DNA of 64,000 nt. Source: Thermoanaerobaculia bacterium. GTDB lineage: Bacteria > Acidobacteriota > Thermoanaerobaculia > Multivoradales > UBA5704. Both the position numbers and the translations under genes were made by a program. Position 1 is the first letter of the stretch. The number at the start of each line of letters is the position of its first letter. Location: assembly GCA_044226625.1 (NCBI GenBank), contig JBGAGQ010000025.1:1-64000 (forward strand), given 5' to 3'. Shown here in pieces: positions 1 to 8,187 of the stretch. The notes beneath the pieces are model-generated. The model worked only from the letters and a program-made list of their open reading frames with translations. It was not told the origin of the DNA and did no database searches.

Positions 1-386
1 CCGTGTTCCTCGGCTTGGCCGCCCTGCTCTCCGCCTCGGCGGTCGGCCGCAAGAGGTCGCGGGCGCTCGCCCTGGCCCTCGTCGTCTGGTTCGCGGCGGT
101 CGTCCTGATCGACGTCGTGGCCTTGGGGGTGGCCTCTCTCCTCCCGTCGTTCTCCGCCTCGCGCGTCTTGATCGTGGCCGTGCTCGTGAACCCGGTGGAC
201 GTCGTGCGCACCGGCACGATGCTCGGCATCGAAGGAACGGCCGCGTTCGGCGCCGGCTCGCTCGCCCTGCTCCGCTTCACCCGAGGCCCGCTCGGCGCGG
301 CGCTCTGTCTCGGGGCCTCGCTCGTCCTCTGGATCGTCGGGCCCACGCTCTGGGCGCTGCGGAGGTTGCGACAGGCGGATCTTTAG
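1..386 (+). CDS. ABC-2/NosY-like transporter permease, C-terminal part (runs off the window start)
   Basis: Several hydrophobic helices; LVNPVDVVRTGTML resembles the NP.D..R motif of NosY-like permeases; stop at 384-386. Confidence 0.6.
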   Translation, partial: VFLGLAALLSASAVGRKRSRALALALVVWFAAVVLIDVVALGVASLLPSFSASRVLIVAVLVNPVDVVRTGTMLGIEGTAAFGAGSLALLRFTRGPLGAALCLGASLVLWIVGPTLWALRRLRQADL

Positions 387-426
387 GTTTGAGCGAACGG
401 ACGACCGCGGCGGCGGCGCTGGGTCG

Positions 427-687
427 CTAGGCGAGCCCGAGCTCTTCGAGCGACCGGGCGGTCAGAAGGCGCTCCGCGAGCGAGCCGAGCTCTCCCGGCG
501 AACGGATCGCCTCCACCTTTTCGACCGCCTGGCCCGTCAGCGACGGAAAGCGATTGCGGAGCAGCCGGAGGAGAATCTCGCGCATCCCCTTCTCCAGTCC
601 CTTCTCCAGCCCCTGTTCGCGGCCTTCTTGACGACCTCGCTCCAGGCCGCGCGCTTCGACTTTCTCTTCCCAGGTGACGGGCTTCAT
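427..687 (-). CDS. Internal small ORF of the Rpn-like gene (Rpn-S-like, 86 aa)
   Basis: In-frame ATG at 687 preceded by GGAGG (697-693) with a 5-nt spacer; the same signal is kept in copy 2. Confidence 0.55.
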   Translation of the reverse strand: MKPVTWEEKVEARGLERGRQEGREQGLEKGLEKGMREILLRLLRNRFPSLTGQAVEKVEAIRSPGELGSLAERLLTARSLEELGLA

Positions 688-1236
688 TTCGACCTCCGGC
701 TTTCGGCTCCGGGCGCGGAGCTCGGCGTACTCCTCGGCGGCTCCGCCCCCTAATTCTAGATAGGTTGCCACGCAGTTGAACAGCAGGAAGCGTTCGACGT
801 CGGTCAGGGCCTCGGCCGCGACGATTTTGGCGAAACAGCCACGGCGCAGCGTTCGACGATCGCGGCCCTGGGGACGGCCCAAGGCGGCGAAGGCCCAGGC
901 GAGCGGCTCCCTTCGGGCGAGGTACTCGTCGGCACGAATCCCCGAAAGGCCGAAGCTCCGATAGCCGAAGGCCCCGATCTCCCGGCCGCACGACGATTCG
1001 ACGAGGCGTGAGAACGCGGGCCCTGCCGGGCCGCCTCGCAAATAGAGCACGACGGTGTGCACCGGCAGCCGGCGCCTGAGCCCGAGCAGGCGGTTGTAGA
1101 GCAGCAGCCTCGCCGAGACGGACGCGCGAACGCGCAGCTCGATCTCGACGTGGAGGAGCACTTCGCCTCCCTCGAGGGTATTTGCGCTGCCGACCAAGTC
1201 CATGCGCCGCTCGGCGCCGGTCGGCTGGTCGAGGAG
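427..1236 (-). pseudogene. Rpn/YhgA-like PD-(D/E)XK family protein, 5'-truncated (copy 1)
   Basis: RRMDLV...LLHVEIE nuclease-like motif, PVHTVVLYL, and a C-terminal G(R/L)E(Q/K)G repeat plus DUF4351-like tail. Family-like sequence stops near 1236; the usual N-terminal HD..FK segment is absent and the ORF-track extension to 1296 looks unrelated. Confidence 0.7.
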
Positions 1237-1248
1237 GTCGGGGCGGCG

Positions 1249-2521
1249 TTGGCGACGACGCTCGGTCTCGACGTCGCGGCCGGTGTGGCCTCCCACGTCT
1301 ATGGCCGGTGGCGATTCGACCGGGCGGTGGAAGACATGGAAGCGTTCGTGGGAAGGCGGATCGACCTCGACCTCTCACACTACGACCGGCCGCTTCCTCC
1401 CGACCGCGACAACGCGCTCCCCGGATTCGAGACGCCCGTGGCGCTCGACCTGTCGCCGAACGAGAGGAACGACCTGTCCGCCGCCGAAAGGGTTCCTATG
1501 CATGCCTGGCCCCTGCTTACGGACTCCGACTCCGAGGCGCCCCGCCCGCCGATCGAGCAGCGCCTGCGAATCGTGGTGGCCAGGAATCGCCGGGCGCTCG
1601 AGTTTCTCCACCAGGTGGCTCAGCGTGGGCGATCCGGTCGCGAGTGGAGCTTCCCAAGCGGCCGGACGACGGCCGTGCCCAATTATCTGTTTGCTCTGAC
1701 CGAGGGCAAGCTGCTCGCCGCGGAGGCGCGCTTGGCTCTCGCCGACGGGGATGAAGCAGGTGGCTTGCGAGCGGCCCGGACGCTCGCGCGGCTCGCCGCC
1801 TGCCTCGACGACGAGCGCCCCGCGCTCGCCCATTTGATGGCGATCGCCGTCGAGAGGTTTCTCGGCCGTTTCGCGCTCGAAGTCGCATCCGCCCCCGAAC
1901 CGTGGGCGGCGCGTCCTTCGTTGCATGCCGGGCTGGCGGCGATCCTTCCCGCCGGTGATCGATCGGCGCACCTGGTCGACAAGCTGCTCTTCGACGCCAT
2001 CGAAAGCAGCCAAGCTGGGCGCGACCGGAGGTATTCGCCCCCCTGGCATTTCGGCTCGCCGGTGCGATCTTTGATTCTGGGGCCGGGGGAGAGCTCTTCC
2101 GTTCTGCGGCACAATCTCCGAGCGATGAAGCTCTCCCGTCGTCCCATCGGTCGGCTCTTCGAGGACCGGAGCTTCGTTCTCGAGCGCGACCCGGTCGGCG
2201 CCACGGCGTTCGACCTCTCTCGTCGGTGCCAGCTGCTCGCGAGCGAGACGCAGCTCGCCAGGGCGGCGCTCGCCTTTGAGAAGCCGTGGCCTCGCCGAAG
2301 GCGGATATCCGATGCGGCGGCCGGAGCTGCCGGACCTCGAGCGTCCGGATCCCGTGATGGGTCGGCGCCTTGGCTATCGCCTTCTCGAAGACGGGTCGCT
2401 CCGCCTGGAGGTCGAGGGAGCGACCGCGATCCTGGGGCGCATCGTGCGGCCCTCGAGGTTCGTCGTCCGCGTCACGTTGCCCAAGCCCTCTCCGGGCTCG
2501 GCAGGGAGGCGGACGCCATGA
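1249..2521 (+). pseudogene. Membrane-anchored hypothetical protein, frameshifted at about 2275 and probably 5'-truncated
   Basis: The frame of ORF 1057-2565 reads protein-like up to QLARAALA. Removing one T from the TTT at 2275-2277 joins it to LRSRGLAEGGYP...PDPVMGRRLGY (ORF 2276-2521). No clear start; nearest is TTG at 1249. Confidence 0.5.
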
Positions 2522-2572
2522 GGCGACGGAGGATTCACGCTCGCCTCGGGGATCTGTCAGGCTAAGCTTCAG

Positions 2573-2701
2573 CAGGCTGCTGAAGAACTCCGTCGTCGCA
2601 GGAGATTCCCTGCGGGCGCCCCTCGTAACTCGTTGCGCTCAGACAGACTCGGGGGCGTCCTCGGGATCTCTGCGACTTGAGGAGGGTTTCTCAGCAACCT
2701 G
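2573..2701. mobile_element. MITE/REP-like palindromic element (about 130 bp)
   Basis: Terminal inverted repeats CAGGCTGCTGAAGAACTCC / GGAGGGTTTCTCAGCAACCTG, with inner pairs GTCGCAGGAGATTCCC / GGGATCTCTGCGAC and GGGCGCCCC / GGGGCGTCC; intergenic. Confidence 0.65.
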
Positions 2702-2729
2702 GTAGAACCTTCCCCTTGGAGGAATCGCG

Positions 2730-3929
2730 GTGGACGATCGCAAGCTGCGCGCCTGGTGGTGGCATCGGCAAGGCCTGGATGGATCCTTCGAGGGGGCCTC
2801 GGCCGCGGAGGTGCATGCGCGGGCGGGCTGGGCACGTTCGGTCGGCGGTGTCGGGCCCTACCTCACGTTGCATGCGCGGGCGGGCCTCGGCCGCGCGGCG
2901 ACGGACGCGGCGGTCGCGCAGCTGGAGATCCATGAGCTGCCCTCGGCGCGCGGCTGCACCTACGTCGTTCCCGCGGCGGACTTCCCGCTCGCGCTGAAAG
3001 TAGGGCAGGGGTTCGGCCACGATCAGGAAATGAAGGTCGCGCGGAAGATCGGCGTGACCGACGCCGAGATCGACCGTTTGGCCGCGGCGGTCGTGGACGC
3101 CCTGGGCACCCTCGGCCAGGGCGTGCTCGGGACCGACGAGCTGCGGGAGGCGGCCGGCGACGCGGTGCGGAGCCTCGGCCCCGAGGGGAAGAAGAAAGGG
3201 ATCACGACGACGCTTCCGCTCGCGCTCGGAAAGCTCCAGGCCGAAGGCGAGATCCGTCGCGTGCCGACGGACGGCCGCCTCGACCAGCAGCGGTACCGCT
3301 ACGCACTCTGGCGCCCGAACCCGCTCGCGGGTTTCTCGCTGGAGCCCGAGGAAGCTCACGTCGAGCTCGCGCGCCGCTACTTCCGCTGGATCGGCCCGGC
3401 GACGGTCGCGCAGTTCCAAGCTTTCTCGGGTCTGGGCGTGAAAGCGGCGAAGGCGGCGGTCGAGCCCCTGGGCCTCGTACCGCTCGGGCCCGACGACGAG
3501 CGCCGGATCGACCTGGAGGATCTGGAGGCGTGCCTGTCGTTCGCGCCGCCGAGTGAACCGAGGTACACGCTCGTCAGCGGGCTCGACTCGCTTCTGCTCT
3601 TGAGGCGCGACCTAGCGAGCCTGATCGCCGACGAGGACAAGCAGCGGAACGTCTTCGGCGAGAACGGCGAGCGGGCGATCGGCGGGCTGTCCGACCTGCC
3701 GAACCACGCGATCCTCGACCGCGGCCGGATCGTCGGCCTCTGGGATTACGACGTCGACACCGACTCGATCGTCTGGACCTCGTTCGTCCCGAAAAACGCC
3801 GCGCTCGAACAGGCGGTCGCGGCAACCGAGTCCTACGTCCGCACCGAGCTGGGCGACGCCCGCTCGTTCAGCCTCGACAGCCCGAAGAGCCGCGTGGCAC
3901 GGATCGAAGCGCTGCGGGCGGCCGGCTGA
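2730..3929 (+). CDS. Winged-helix (HTH_42) AlkZ/YcaQ-like DNA glycosylase family protein
   Basis: PYLTLHAR, RGCTYVV, YFRWIGPAT..F..FSGL and the C-terminal ILDRGRIVGLW fit HTH_42; GGAGG RBS before GTG. Confidence 0.75.
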   Translation: MDDRKLRAWWWHRQGLDGSFEGASAAEVHARAGWARSVGGVGPYLTLHARAGLGRAATDAAVAQLEIHELPSARGCTYVVPAADFPLALKVGQGFGHDQEMKVARKIGVTDAEIDRLAAAVVDALGTLGQGVLGTDELREAAGDAVRSLGPEGKKKGITTTLPLALGKLQAEGEIRRVPTDGRLDQQRYRYALWRPNPLAGFSLEPEEAHVELARRYFRWIGPATVAQFQAFSGLGVKAAKAAVEPLGLVPLGPDDERRIDLEDLEACLSFAPPSEPRYTLVSGLDSLLLLRRDLASLIADEDKQRNVFGENGERAIGGLSDLPNHAILDRGRIVGLWDYDVDTDSIVWTSFVPKNAALEQAVAATESYVRTELGDARSFSLDSPKSRVARIEALRAAG

Positions 3930-3990
3930 AGGCGGCTGTATTGCGTGCGATTCAGACTGTCACGCGCGCGGTCCGATTCGACGGCAGTCT

Positions 3991-6900
3991 CTATCCGTTG
4001 GGCCGCTCGATCCCGAGGGCTCTCAAGACTTCCTCGCCCTCTTGCCGATCGGGCCAGGTGCCTCGATCCAAGAGCTCGTAACAGGTGCGGGAAAATCCGT
4101 AGATGTGGCTTGCGGCCAGAGATGGATGATTCCAGAAACGCACGGCGCACGCTTTCGCCCGCGCGAACGCCTCGTCGTTTCCGTGACGTGCGGCAAGCGG
4201 CAAAAGAGCAGGGATCGCATACCCAGCTGATGAGGCACGACCTTCCTGAAGGACCCCTTCGACTTGGTCGAGCATAGAATTCAGCCATTCCGCGCTTGGC
4301 TGGAAATCTGTTTCGCGAGCACGTTGAGCCAGATTTCTGGTTAGCTCGAAGAATGGGGTCTTGGTGACCTCTTGCAGTGGCTCGGGGTTCGCGGCCTCCC
4401 AGGCTTTCACTTCGTCCATCTCGGGCAGTCCCTCCGCCGCACGGCGAAGGCGCTTCCGAATGAATTCGATCGACTCGGCACTTCGCGGCGCTAGTTTCAG
4501 CCAGCTCAGAGCTTCTCGAACCACAAAGCGCCGGTCGGCTTCTCGCAGGTCGCTAGCCTTCCGGAGCAGGGCGGTGAGGGCAAAATTTCTGTTGTCGTTG
4601 ACCGGTGCTCTACGAAGCCATGAAAGGGCAAGTCCTAGAACTGTTTCGCGCAGGGCTCCTCGAACGTCGTCCCTCTGAAGCAGTGGAACCAGTACAAAGC
4701 CCGCATTTGGATGTCTTTGGTTGGCTTGGAGCCATAGTACTCCGGCGGCCACCGACTCTCGGGCGGCTTGCGGTTCCAAGTCTGCTCGCGTGAGTAGCCG
4801 CTTTAACATGAAGGATGCGTCATCTCGTGCCGGGTGTTCCCGAGCCCATCTCGCAGCGATGAGTTGGGTTTCAACCAGGAGTTGGGTAGGGAGGTCGGCT
4901 CGCAACAGGAGGCTCTTTAAGACGAAGTCCTGCTCGGCGCCCTTCGGACTCTCCCTCAGCCACTCGGTTGCACTGGTAGCGCCGGAGAGCACTTCATTTT
5001 GTGTTAGATCTTCGCGCTCCAACAGCGAAGAGAGAACGAAGCCGGCATCGCTTTGATCGCCGAAACTTCTTAGCCAAGCCAGGCTATGGACTACCGCCAG
5101 GCGGGCCTCGGCGGTCCCTAAATCTGTGCGGCCCAACAGCGGTGGAAGCACGTACCCTGCATCGAACTGAAGGCTGAAGCTGGCCAGCCAGGTCATGCAA
5201 TGGACCACACCTTGGCTGGCTTGGCCGGCTTCCAAGTCCTCGCGTCCCAGAAGTGTTTTGAGCACGAACTGCGATTCGAGCTGATTGCCGAAGCTCCTGA
5301 GCCAAGCCAGTCCTTTCTCCGCTGCCTGGCGCGCTTTGTCGGCTTTCAGATCCCCTCTTTCCAGCAGGGAACGGAGCACGAACTGCGCCTCAATCCGACT
5401 GCCGAAGCTCTCCAGCCAAGCCAGCCCGTAGTTCGCCGCCTCGCTCACCTGGGTGGCTTCCAGGTCCCCGCGTCCCAGAAGCGAATGGAGCACGAACTGC
5501 GCTTCGATCCGATCGCCGAACCTCTTGAGCCAAGCCAGTCCGTAGCTGACCGCCTCGCGCGCTTGGGTGGCTTCCAGGTCCCCGCGTCCCAGCAGCGAAT
5601 GGAGCACGAACTCAGCCTCGATCCGATCGCCGAAGCTCTTGAGCCAAGCCAGTCCGTAGCTGACCGCCTCGCGCGTTTGGTTGGCTTCCAGGTCTCCGCG
5701 TCCAAGAAGCGGACTGAGCACGAACCCCGCCTCGATCCGATCGCCGAAGCCCTTGAGCCAAGCCAGCCCGTAGCTGATCGCCTCGCGCGTTTGGTTGGCT
5801 TCCAGGTCCCCGCGTCCAAGAAGCGGATCGAGCACAAACCGCACCTCGATCCGATCGCCGAAGCCCTTGAGCCAAGCCAGTCCGTAGCTCACCGCCTCTC
5901 GCGCTTGGTTGGCTTCCAGGTCCCCGCGTCCCAGGAGCGAATGGAGCACGAACTGCGCCTCGATTCGATCGCCGAAGCTCTTGAGCCAAGCCAGTCCGTA
6001 GCTCACTGCGTCGCGAACTTGGGCGGTTTCCAAGTCCCCGCGTCCTAGCACTGGGCCGACGACGAAGCTCGCTTCCGGTGATAGTCCGTTCGCGTTCAGC
6101 CAACGAAACGCCGCGCGAAAGAGGAGAACGCCATGCCCTTCGGGCAGCTTGGCAAGACCTCGATACAGCAGGTGACGCGCGGCGGGGCGATCGCCGCGCG
6201 CCTCCAGGAAAGGTGTAATCAGAATGTCCCACTGTTCGAGGGCCGCCTCCGCCCACGGTACCCCCTGCACCACCGCGCCAAGCGCGAAGGACACCTCGTC
6301 TATTTCGGTGTGCGAGAGCATGCTTCCGAGACTTTCGGCCTCTCGGCGTAGCCAGGTGACGGCTGCCGTGGCGAGATCCGCGGCCACCCTCTCGGGGATT
6401 CCTTCCATTCCGAGCACGCGGCGGAGCGCGACCGCCAGGCGCCCAAAGGTGCGCGCCGACCCCAGCGCGGGAGCGAGCAGCGCAGCGAGAGCCGACCTGC
6501 GCACGAGAGCGGCGGGACGGTCGGCCAATAGGTCGTGGACCACTTCGTCGGCCACGACGTCGTGAGCCGTCGCTAGGTCGATGCCCCGCGCTTCCAGCCA
6601 GCCCATCTCGCGGAGAACTCCGATGAGGTGCCTCGCCGCATCCGCCGGATCGACAGAAGCTCCGGGTCCAGCCGCGCGGAGCGCTCGCTCCCCGGCGGCG
6701 GCGATCGCCGCTTCAGCCAGCGGCGCGGCGGCGAGCATCGCGGTCGCGGCGACCAGATGTGGGCTCGGTTCAGCCGGTTCGAGCCGACTGCGGGCTGGAG
6801 GCACGGCAAGGTCGCTCTCCGTGAGCCGCTTCCGGAGCCAATCCGAGAGATCTCCCGAGCGAACCCCGGAAAGCCGCTCGTCGTCGAGCGTTCCCGCCTC

Positions 6901-8187
6901 CTCCCGCCGTTCGACTTCGCGGGCGATGAACAGCGCCACGATGGGGCGGAGGCCGCAGATCTCCCGGAGGCGCTCGCGACCCAGCCGACCGAGAGCGCGC
7001 GGCGCGAGGGTCGCGAGGAGCCGATCCGAGATCGCTCGCGACCGATCTTCGGACGGCCGGAGGGGGACGAGATCGAACAGCGTTTCCCGAGCCCCGCTCG
7101 GTGTTGGAGCGCCAGGTCGAGCGTTGGCGAGGAGCGCAAGACGAACTCCGCGCGCAGCGGCTGCAGGCTGGAGGCGCTGGCGGAGCCGTACGAGATCGAG
7201 CTGCATCTGGTCCAGGTAGTCGAGAACCAGGAGCGTGGGTCCGGTTCCCGCGAGCACGGCTTTTTCGAGATCGTCGTCGGTGAGGGCGGGCTCGCCGGCC
7301 TGCGCGTGGAGCACTCGCCAACCCGCGGCGTCGGCGCGCGTTGCAACTTCGATCAGCGTGCGCGACTTGCCCACGCCCCCGGGACCCTCCAGCAGCAGGC
7401 CGCGCTCGCGGCTCGCTTCGCCGAGGCGGGCGAAAAGCACGTCCGGATGCGCGGGATCGTCACCCGATGGGGCCAAGAACGGCAGGTTCGCCTCGAGAAG
7501 GTACGATCGGAAGCCGGTGAAGCGGTGAATCTGCTCCGCGTGGCCGAGCAGGGTCTCGAGCCCCACCCCGAGCCAGCGGTCTGCAAGGCGTGGCGTCAGG
7601 TCCAAGAAGGCTCGTACGTCCGACCAGTCGAGGACCTCGATCCGCTCGAGGGGCGGGCAATTTGGAAGTGAATCGAAGAAACTGACGATCCGATCGCGTA
7701 GCTCCCGCCGGAGCGCGGGAGCCGGGAGGTGCGCGCTGACCGCGTAGACGTAGGCGCGCGCGGAGTTCCAAGGAGCGTAGTTTCCTCGCCACCCCTCGGC
7801 CGCTTGGCGGCCCAATCGGTCGGCGACGGCCCGCCACCCCGCGAAGACCTTGTCGCGCAGGTTGCCCGCCGCTTCGTCATGATCCTTGCACTCGACGATC
7901 AGAGGCTTCGGTAGCCCGGGCAGACAGCGGTCCTCTCCGCTCGCCGCAGGTTCGACGAAGATGTCGATCGAACCGTCTCGCCCGTGGGTGGGCGCGACCG
8001 CGACCCCGATCCCTCCCCGCAGCTCCCGAAGACCATCGCCGATCAGCTGTTGGAAGGAGTCCTCCCGCCGTGGGACCTGGCGGCCTCGGGGGCCGAGTAG
8101 AGCGGAGGGATCGAATACGTTAGGGAAGGGGCGCACGCCGAAAGTCCGTATCGAACCAGCCCCCGATCCGTGGACGTGGAGGCTCAA
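3991..8187 (-). CDS. Restriction-endonuclease-like domain + STAND-type P-loop NTPase + 38-aa tandem helical repeats (candidate antiviral protein)
   Basis: RDGSIDI...IVECK (PD-(D/E)XK-like); Walker A GPGGVGKS; Walker B LLVLDYLD; sensor-1-like ANAR; GxP-like GLRP; HD-like AHDVVAD; about 14 repeats of 38 aa. The TTG start overlaps the upstream stop (TTGA); the true start may be a GTG near 8136. Confidence 0.8.
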   Translation of the reverse strand: MSLHVHGSGAGSIRTFGVRPFPNVFDPSALLGPRGRQVPRREDSFQQLIGDGLRELRGGIGVAVAPTHGRDGSIDIFVEPAASGEDRCLPGLPKPLIVECKDHDEAAGNLRDKVFAGWRAVADRLGRQAAEGWRGNYAPWNSARAYVYAVSAHLPAPALRRELRDRIVSFFDSLPNCPPLERIEVLDWSDVRAFLDLTPRLADRWLGVGLETLLGHAEQIHRFTGFRSYLLEANLPFLAPSGDDPAHPDVLFARLGEASRERGLLLEGPGGVGKSRTLIEVATRADAAGWRVLHAQAGEPALTDDDLEKAVLAGTGPTLLVLDYLDQMQLDLVRLRQRLQPAAAARGVRLALLANARPGAPTPSGARETLFDLVPLRPSEDRSRAISDRLLATLAPRALGRLGRERLREICGLRPIVALFIAREVERREEAGTLDDERLSGVRSGDLSDWLRKRLTESDLAVPPARSRLEPAEPSPHLVAATAMLAAAPLAEAAIAAAGERALRAAGPGASVDPADAARHLIGVLREMGWLEARGIDLATAHDVVADEVVHDLLADRPAALVRRSALAALLAPALGSARTFGRLAVALRRVLGMEGIPERVAADLATAAVTWLRREAESLGSMLSHTEIDEVSFALGAVVQGVPWAEAALEQWDILITPFLEARGDRPAARHLLYRGLAKLPEGHGVLLFRAAFRWLNANGLSPEASFVVGPVLGRGDLETAQVRDAVSYGLAWLKSFGDRIEAQFVLHSLLGRGDLEANQAREAVSYGLAWLKGFGDRIEVRFVLDPLLGRGDLEANQTREAISYGLAWLKGFGDRIEAGFVLSPLLGRGDLEANQTREAVSYGLAWLKSFGDRIEAEFVLHSLLGRGDLEATQAREAVSYGLAWLKRFGDRIEAQFVLHSLLGRGDLEATQVSEAANYGLAWLESFGSRIEAQFVLRSLLERGDLKADKARQAAEKGLAWLRSFGNQLESQFVLKTLLGREDLEAGQASQGVVHCMTWLASFSLQFDAGYVLPPLLGRTDLGTAEARLAVVHSLAWLRSFGDQSDAGFVLSSLLEREDLTQNEVLSGATSATEWLRESPKGAEQDFVLKSLLLRADLPTQLLVETQLIAARWAREHPARDDASFMLKRLLTRADLEPQAARESVAAGVLWLQANQRHPNAGFVLVPLLQRDDVRGALRETVLGLALSWLRRAPVNDNRNFALTALLRKASDLREADRRFVVREALSWLKLAPRSAESIEFIRKRLRRAAEGLPEMDEVKAWEAANPEPLQEVTKTPFFELTRNLAQRARETDFQPSAEWLNSMLDQVEGVLQEGRASSAGYAIPALLPLAARHGNDEAFARAKACAVRFWNHPSLAASHIYGFSRTCYELLDRGTWPDRQEGEEVLRALGIERPNG
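4471..6066 (-). repeat. Intragenic 114-bp (38-aa) tandem repeat, about 14 units; units 1-7 (about 5269-6066) most similar
   Basis: Unit consensus FVLxxLLGRGDLEAxQAREAVSYGLAWLKSFGDRIEAx. The first F codon starts at 6066 and the 14th at 4584, exactly 13 x 114 bp apart. Confidence 0.95.

Noticed and set aside
427-1236. Active transposase / IS element
   Set aside because: Rpn/YhgA-like genes are often labelled transposases, but there are no terminal repeats or target duplications, and both copies are truncated.
3954-3990. Terminator hairpin between the AlkZ-like and STAND genes
   Set aside because: Only an 8-bp imperfect stem with a 21-nt loop and no U-tract; too weak to call.
5269-6066. CRISPR array or TALE gene
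   Set aside because: The 114-bp units are contiguous, in frame and lack spacers; the 38-aa unit has no similarity to the 34-aa LTPxQVVAIAS TALE consensus.
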